Assembly (NCBI GenBank): GCA_019058445.1
Contig: JAHPZA010000002.1
Location: 32,001-96,000 of the forward strand
DNA: 64,000 nt
Direction of reading: 5' to 3'
DNA from: Promethearchaeota archaeon
GTDB taxonomy: Archaea > Asgardarchaeota > Lokiarchaeia > Sigyniarchaeales > SOKP01
Shown here: in pieces, positions 58,945 through 64,000 of the stretch
Numbering within the stretch: the first letter of the stretch is position 1
Layout: each line of letters opens with the position of its first letter
Notes under the pieces: generated by a model
What the model was told of the DNA's origin: nothing
The model's input: the letters and a program-made list of their open reading frames with translations, nothing else
The model's database searches: none
Made by a program: the position numbers and the translations under genes

Positions 58945-61830
58945 ATGCCCTTGGAAGATTTAAATTTTAAGGATCTTACGCCTATGATGCGTCATTGGTT
59001 CTCAGTGAAAAAGCAGTATCCTGAACATTTACTTGCTTATCGAATGGGAGATTTTTATGAGTTCTTTTATGATGATGCTGAACGGGTTTCTAATTTATTA
59101 GGCATAACCTTAACAAAACGGAAAATAGGTAATGATAGTTACCCTCTCGCGGGAATACCATATCATGCCGGGCATTATTTAAATAATTTAGTTAATATGG
59201 GTCAAACGGTAGTTATTGTTGATCAACTTGAGGACCCATCTACCGTAAAGGGGCGTATCGTGAAACGGGGAGTCGTGAGAATCTTATCTCCTGGAACTAT
59301 AACAGAATATGATATGCTACGGCCCCATGAAAATAATTATATCGCTTCGATGGTTAAGGAAAGAAATGGATATGGCATCGCGTTGGCGGACTTATCTACG
59401 GGTGAATTTGTTGCGACTGAATTTTCTTCAAAAGAGGAGGATCCTTTAGAGAAATTACTTAGTTTATTTGCTCAATATGATCCAGTAGAATTAATAGTGC
59501 CTTCAGAAATAAAAAAGGACGAGAAGCTTTTTCTCCTTATCACAGATTTAACAGAGGCCATAATAAAGCATTACAATGATTATGTGTTTACTTATGAGGA
59601 GGCCTATAGTTTAATTACACGCCACTTTAATCTTTCGAACTTAAAAAGCTTTGACCTAGAAGATTCTCATATGGCAGTTCAAGCCGCTGGGGGCCTTCTA
59701 GCCTTTTTAAAGGAAACTCAAAGGGATATCATTCCCAACATTTTTAAAATAACTCTGCTAAAAGAAGAGAATACTTTACATTTAGATTATATTACTCAAA
59801 GAAATCTTGAATTAATTACTTCTTTATGGGAAAAAGGAAAAGATATCACTTTATATTCCATTTTCAATCACACCCATACACCAATGGGTGCACGCTTATT
59901 AAAAAAATTTATTTTGCAACCATTAATCAGTACTGAGGAAATCAATGAACGGCTTAATATTGTACAAAAATTCAAGGATGATATTTTTCTTAGATCTGAT
60001 TTAAGAGAAGAATTAAAAATTATTGGTGATCTCGAGAGATTTATTAATCGAGTGAATTACTCTAAGAGGACTAACGCACGAGATTTGCTCAATATAAAAA
60101 ATTCCTTAGAAAAAATCCCAAAAATCAAAGAATTATTAGAAAAAGCAGAAATTCCTGAAATCTCTAAATTTGTTGCAAAAATTAATCTTTTTGATGATGT
60201 GAGAGAATTAATAGATAATGCAATCAAGGAAGAACCTTCTCAAAAAATAACAGAAGGCAATATCATTAAAGATGAATATAATGATAAGGTTGATGAATTA
60301 AGAGATCTTCTCCATAATGGAAAAAAGTACCTTTTAGATTATGAGGAGGAACAAAAAAAAAGATGGAACCTCACTTCAGGGCTCAAGGTAGGACATAATA
60401 ACATTCTTGGTTATTATATCCAGATTACCCAGAGAACTCTCCAACTAATTCCGACTATCCCCGAAGATTATATTGAAAGATCCACCTTAAAAAATGCGAA
60501 GAGGTTTACTACTGAAAAATTAAAAGAACTTGAGGAAAAAATAGTTACCGCAGAAGAAAAAATTAATGATTTAGAATACGAGCTATTTTGTGAGGTAAGA
60601 GATAAGGTTGTTCAAAAGACTGTCGATATTTTAGAAACTGCGAAAAATATTGCCATTATTGATGTGTTAGCTTGTTTTGCAGAAATTTCTGAAAGAAATA
60701 ATTATTGTCGTCCAATTATCAACAATGAAAATAAATTAATTATAAAAGAAGGTCGTCATCCTGTCGTTGAGCAAATAAATCTTGCGGAGCAATTTATTCC
60801 TAATGATTGCTATTTAGATCCTGAAAGTGATCAACTTCTAATAATAACTGGGCCGAATATGGCTGGTAAAAGCACTTATTTAAGGCAAGTTGCGTTAATA
60901 TGTTTAATCGCCCAAATGGGATGTTTTGTTCCAGCGAAATCTGCAACTCTTGGTGTAATAGATCATATTTTTACGCGTATTGGTGCCTCAGATGATCTTG
61001 CTAGGAAACTGAGCACATTCATGATTGAAATGACCGAGACGGCTAAAATATTGAATTATGCGACTCCGAAAAGCCTTATAATAATTGATGAGCTTGGTCG
61101 CGGTACAAGTACCAGTGATGGACAGAGCATTGCAATGGCAACATTAGAAAAATTACATGATTTAAAGACAAAAACTCTTTTTAGTACCCATTATCATCAA
61201 TTGACTGAAATAAAATTGCCTCGGGTAAAGAATTATCATCTCGATATAATTGAGAATGAGGATGGGAGCATTAATTTTGTAAGAAAACTCAGAGAAGGGA
61301 GTACTGATAAATCCTATGGGATTCATGTTGCGAAATTAGCGGGTATACCTGATGACGTAATAATAAGAGCGTTTGAAATTTTAGAGCAAATAGAAGCGAA
61401 AGATCCATTTAAAACCACTGTAAGGGAAAATGGAAACGGGACGAATTCGGGGAAAATTTATGATAAGATGATAAGTGGGAAGAAAAAAGAACTCGAAAGG
61501 CTAAATTCTGAATTAAAAGGGATTAAGGCAGAACTTAGCAAATATGATGAAGATTTAAGAAAAAAAGAAAAGGAATTAGATGTGAAAAAAGTAGAAGTAA
61601 CAGAATTAAAAGAACAACTTGAAAAAACTCAAACTATAACTCTTAAGAAGAAAAAGTATGTACAAACTACATTTTTTAAACCAGTTGTGAAGAAAGAGAC
61701 GATAATGGATAAAGATCTTGAAAATTTATTAGATATAATTAAGGAAATAGATATCAATTCAATTACGCCTATAGATGCTATGAAAAAATTGAGTGAAATC
61801 AAGGAAAAGTTAGGGGAGTTGAATTCATGA
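58945..61830 (+). CDS. mutS: DNA mismatch repair protein MutS (MutS1)
   Basis: TPMM, RMGDFYEFF, TGPNMAGKST, STFMIEM, DELGRGTS, THYH, SYGIHVA. Confidence 0.97.
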   Translation: MPLEDLNFKDLTPMMRHWFSVKKQYPEHLLAYRMGDFYEFFYDDAERVSNLLGITLTKRKIGNDSYPLAGIPYHAGHYLNNLVNMGQTVVIVDQLEDPSTVKGRIVKRGVVRILSPGTITEYDMLRPHENNYIASMVKERNGYGIALADLSTGEFVATEFSSKEEDPLEKLLSLFAQYDPVELIVPSEIKKDEKLFLLITDLTEAIIKHYNDYVFTYEEAYSLITRHFNLSNLKSFDLEDSHMAVQAAGGLLAFLKETQRDIIPNIFKITLLKEENTLHLDYITQRNLELITSLWEKGKDITLYSIFNHTHTPMGARLLKKFILQPLISTEEINERLNIVQKFKDDIFLRSDLREELKIIGDLERFINRVNYSKRTNARDLLNIKNSLEKIPKIKELLEKAEIPEISKFVAKINLFDDVRELIDNAIKEEPSQKITEGNIIKDEYNDKVDELRDLLHNGKKYLLDYEEEQKKRWNLTSGLKVGHNNILGYYIQITQRTLQLIPTIPEDYIERSTLKNAKRFTTEKLKELEEKIVTAEEKINDLEYELFCEVRDKVVQKTVDILETAKNIAIIDVLACFAEISERNNYCRPIINNENKLIIKEGRHPVVEQINLAEQFIPNDCYLDPESDQLLIITGPNMAGKSTYLRQVALICLIAQMGCFVPAKSATLGVIDHIFTRIGASDDLARKLSTFMIEMTETAKILNYATPKSLIIIDELGRGTSTSDGQSIAMATLEKLHDLKTKTLFSTHYHQLTEIKLPRVKNYHLDIIENEDGSINFVRKLREGSTDKSYGIHVAKLAGIPDDVIIRAFEILEQIEAKDPFKTTVRENGNGTNSGKIYDKMISGKKKELERLNSELKGIKAELSKYDEDLRKKEKELDVKKVEVTELKEQLEKTQTITLKKKKYVQTTFFKPVVKKETIMDKDLENLLDIIKEIDINSITPIDAMKKLSEIKEKLGELNS

Positions 61831-62742
61831 GAGAACAATAGGAATTACAAAAACAATTACAGTCAGATATATATAATATCCTACTAAAATTGGTAGTATG
61901 CATCTATTAAACTGCTTTTTTCGTTTATCACTATTGAGATTTTCAATAAATATTAATATAAACAAGCTTATAGTCATTAAATGCGAGGGCTGTAAAGCTT
62001 TCCAAAATATGGAATCATAAATAGTAATGCCTTTGACATATTCATCAGAATAAAGCCAATTTCCCAACATTTGCATGAAATAGTTAGGAAAGATGATATA
62101 GGGAATACACATAAGAAAAAAAGGAATTAAATAGTACTTGAGATCTTTTATGCTAATTTTTTTGGTAATAACTAATAAAGGGAGAAAAATTATTGAATTT
62201 ATCTTGAAAGTAGCTAATACAAAACAGATCCCCGAAAGCCATTTTCTATCATGCTCCAATGAGTGATAAGATAGAAAAAGAAAAAAAGTGATTAAGAAAT
62301 TGCAGTTATTATAAAATGCATCTAAACCATAGCTAATTGAACTTAAGACATAAAAAATAAATAAATCAGTTTGCCTTTTGAATATTTTGGGTGCTTCATC
62401 TGCAATAAATATCCCAATTATTAATCTTAAAAGATCCCATATAACAACTCCAATCTCAACAGGAAGTAAATACATTGGATAAAAGAGAAAATACCAAAAA
62501 TAGAGGTAATAAGGAGGCCAATCAGAACCCTCCACAGGATCATAGAAATTAACCAATCCATTATCCATCCCTCTAATTAGCAAATTATAATCATAATCTT
62601 TAGCAGTTTCAATTATTTGAGGAAATTCAAATAAAGAGAATAGTATTCTGAATGTGATGAGGGTAATGGTAACCGTGATGAGAATGCATATAAACATCTG
62701 ATGAAATGGATATTCACTTTCCTCATTCATTAAGTCGTTCAT
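61825..62742 (-). CDS. GT87/DUF2029-like integral membrane glycosyltransferase
   Basis: DY..., PPYYLY, LATFK; multiple TM segments. Confidence 0.7.
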   Translation of the reverse strand: MNDLMNEESEYPFHQMFICILITVTITLITFRILFSLFEFPQIIETAKDYDYNLLIRGMDNGLVNFYDPVEGSDWPPYYLYFWYFLFYPMYLLPVEIGVVIWDLLRLIIGIFIADEAPKIFKRQTDLFIFYVLSSISYGLDAFYNNCNFLITFFLFLSYHSLEHDRKWLSGICFVLATFKINSIIFLPLLVITKKISIKDLKYYLIPFFLMCIPYIIFPNYFMQMLGNWLYSDEYVKGITIYDSIFWKALQPSHLMTISLFILIFIENLNSDKRKKQFNRCILPILVGYYIYLTVIVFVIPIVLS

Positions 62743-62949
62743 TACTCATCAATAAAGGATTATTGGAAAAATAATTAGGAAGTTAAACTATAAAGTAATT
62801 TTTTCATTTTAAAGTAAATTAAAAACTAGTAGAGTAAAATTTATTTTATCATTAATAGAGTATTCATTTAAATTTGAGTTCATAAATATGATTTATAACT
62901 GTAACAAATCAAAATTTTCCATTTTAATCGTAATTTGAATTGAAAGAAA

Positions 62950-64000
62950 GTGAACAGAAACAAAATCAAAAAAATTAGAGACTCTGAAAAGATAGCTGCC
63001 GGTGAGGTTGTAGAGCGGCCAGCCAATGTTGTAAAAGAATTAATAGAAAATAGTATCGACGCGGGAGCTAAAGAAGTTAGAGTAATAGTTAAGAAAGCAG
63101 GTAAGACATTAATTCAAGTAATAGATGATGGCATTGGAATACCCTCAGATGAGATTGAGTTTGCATTTGAAAGACATACAAGCAGTAAAATAAGAGGAAT
63201 TGAAGATTTAGAGACTCTTTCTACATTAGGTTTTAGAGGTGAGGCTTTAGCGAGTATTACAGCTGTAAGTCAGGTGGAAATTATATCTAGGACCGAAAAC
63301 GAAGAAGCTGGGATTCAATTATATATAGAAGGCGGAAAATTACTAGAAAAAAAGGAAATATCCTGTCTCGTTGGGACTAATATTAAAGTTAAAAATGTGT
63401 TCTATAATATTCCTGCCAGGCAAAAATTTCTCAAATCGGATTCAACAGAACTGGGACATATTACGGATATTATGCAAAGATACGCATTAGCTTATCCCGG
63501 TATTCATTTTATTTATAGACATAATGATTTAGATGTTCTTAACTGCCCTGTGAATGATTTAAAAACGACTGTGTTCCACATCTATGGGAAAAAGAATGCA
63601 AAATATATGGAATCAATAGATTATTCAGAAGAAGATAATGATTTTAAAATATATGGGTTGTTAGGACATCCTGAGGTTTCGAATAAAAATAGAAATTATT
63701 CAAGTCTATTTATTAATCATCGCTATGTCATTAGCGATCTTTTATATAGAGCAGTTCAAGAGGCTTATAAAGGAACCCTAATGGTTGGGAAACATCCTTT
63801 TTTCATATTGCATATTGAATTAGATCCTTCTGCAATAGATTTTAATGTGCACCCTAAAAAACTTCATATTAGATTTGAAAATGAGGATTATATTTTTAAT
63901 AAAGTGTATAATGTGATTCGAAACTTTATAGAAGAGACATTTATTGAGAAAGAAGCGAAATATATCTCTACTGAAATTAGCGATTATATTTCAAATAAAG
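62950..64000 (+). CDS. mutL: DNA mismatch repair protein MutL; 3' end runs off the window
   Basis: Manual translation from GTG 62950: KIAAGEVVERPANVVKELIENSIDAG, DDGIG, HTSSK, LGFRGEALASI, DFNVHPKK. Confidence 0.96.
   Translation, partial: MNRNKIKKIRDSEKIAAGEVVERPANVVKELIENSIDAGAKEVRVIVKKAGKTLIQVIDDGIGIPSDEIEFAFERHTSSKIRGIEDLETLSTLGFRGEALASITAVSQVEIISRTENEEAGIQLYIEGGKLLEKKEISCLVGTNIKVKNVFYNIPARQKFLKSDSTELGHITDIMQRYALAYPGIHFIYRHNDLDVLNCPVNDLKTTVFHIYGKKNAKYMESIDYSEEDNDFKIYGLLGHPEVSNKNRNYSSLFINHRYVISDLLYRAVQEAYKGTLMVGKHPFFILHIELDPSAIDFNVHPKKLHIRFENEDYIFNKVYNVIRNFIEETFIEKEAKYISTEISDYISNK

Noticed and set aside
1101-61838. Short antisense or overlapping ORFs in the track (e.g. 1101, 3407, 8735, 15218, 28424, 40351, 40720, 52230, 61629)
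   Set aside because: They are shadow frames of well-supported genes, with no motifs of their own.
1-64000. IS elements, provirus, tRNA or rRNA genes
   Set aside because: No transposase, integrase, capsid gene, cloverleaf or rRNA-like sequence recognised by eye.

Overview
AT-rich archaeal chromosomal segment. The gene content points to an Asgard archaeon of the Lokiarchaeia/Promethearchaeota type (inference): thermosome, Rpo3-L18e-L13-S9, Sm, RIO2, Clp1, a Rag-like GTPase with a roadblock-like C-terminus, a gelsolin-like protein, stand-alone 7TM proteins and bacterial-type MutS/MutL. It is mostly core and metabolic genes (trpS, glyA, aroA, aroC, hisI, msrB, trmI, a four-subunit 2-oxoacid:ferredoxin oxidoreductase). 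I found no rRNA, tRNA, CRISPR array or transposase. The main observations are: (1) a tight two-gene operon of a circularly permuted ATP-grasp ligase and an M14-like carboxypeptidase, a candidate writer/eraser peptide-tagging system; (2) a gelsolin-like domain fused to four TM helices; (3) an unannotated 40-aa signal-peptide microprotein; (4) a 190-nt GC-rich, hairpin-dense island upstream of aroC; (5) two gene-fragment scars (aroA 5' end, enoyl-CoA hydratase 3' end) bracketing accessory genes; (6) probable ATA/ATT start codons; (7) a triple operator-like repeat in a divergent catabolic promoter. All family calls rest on motif recognition by eye; no searches were run.
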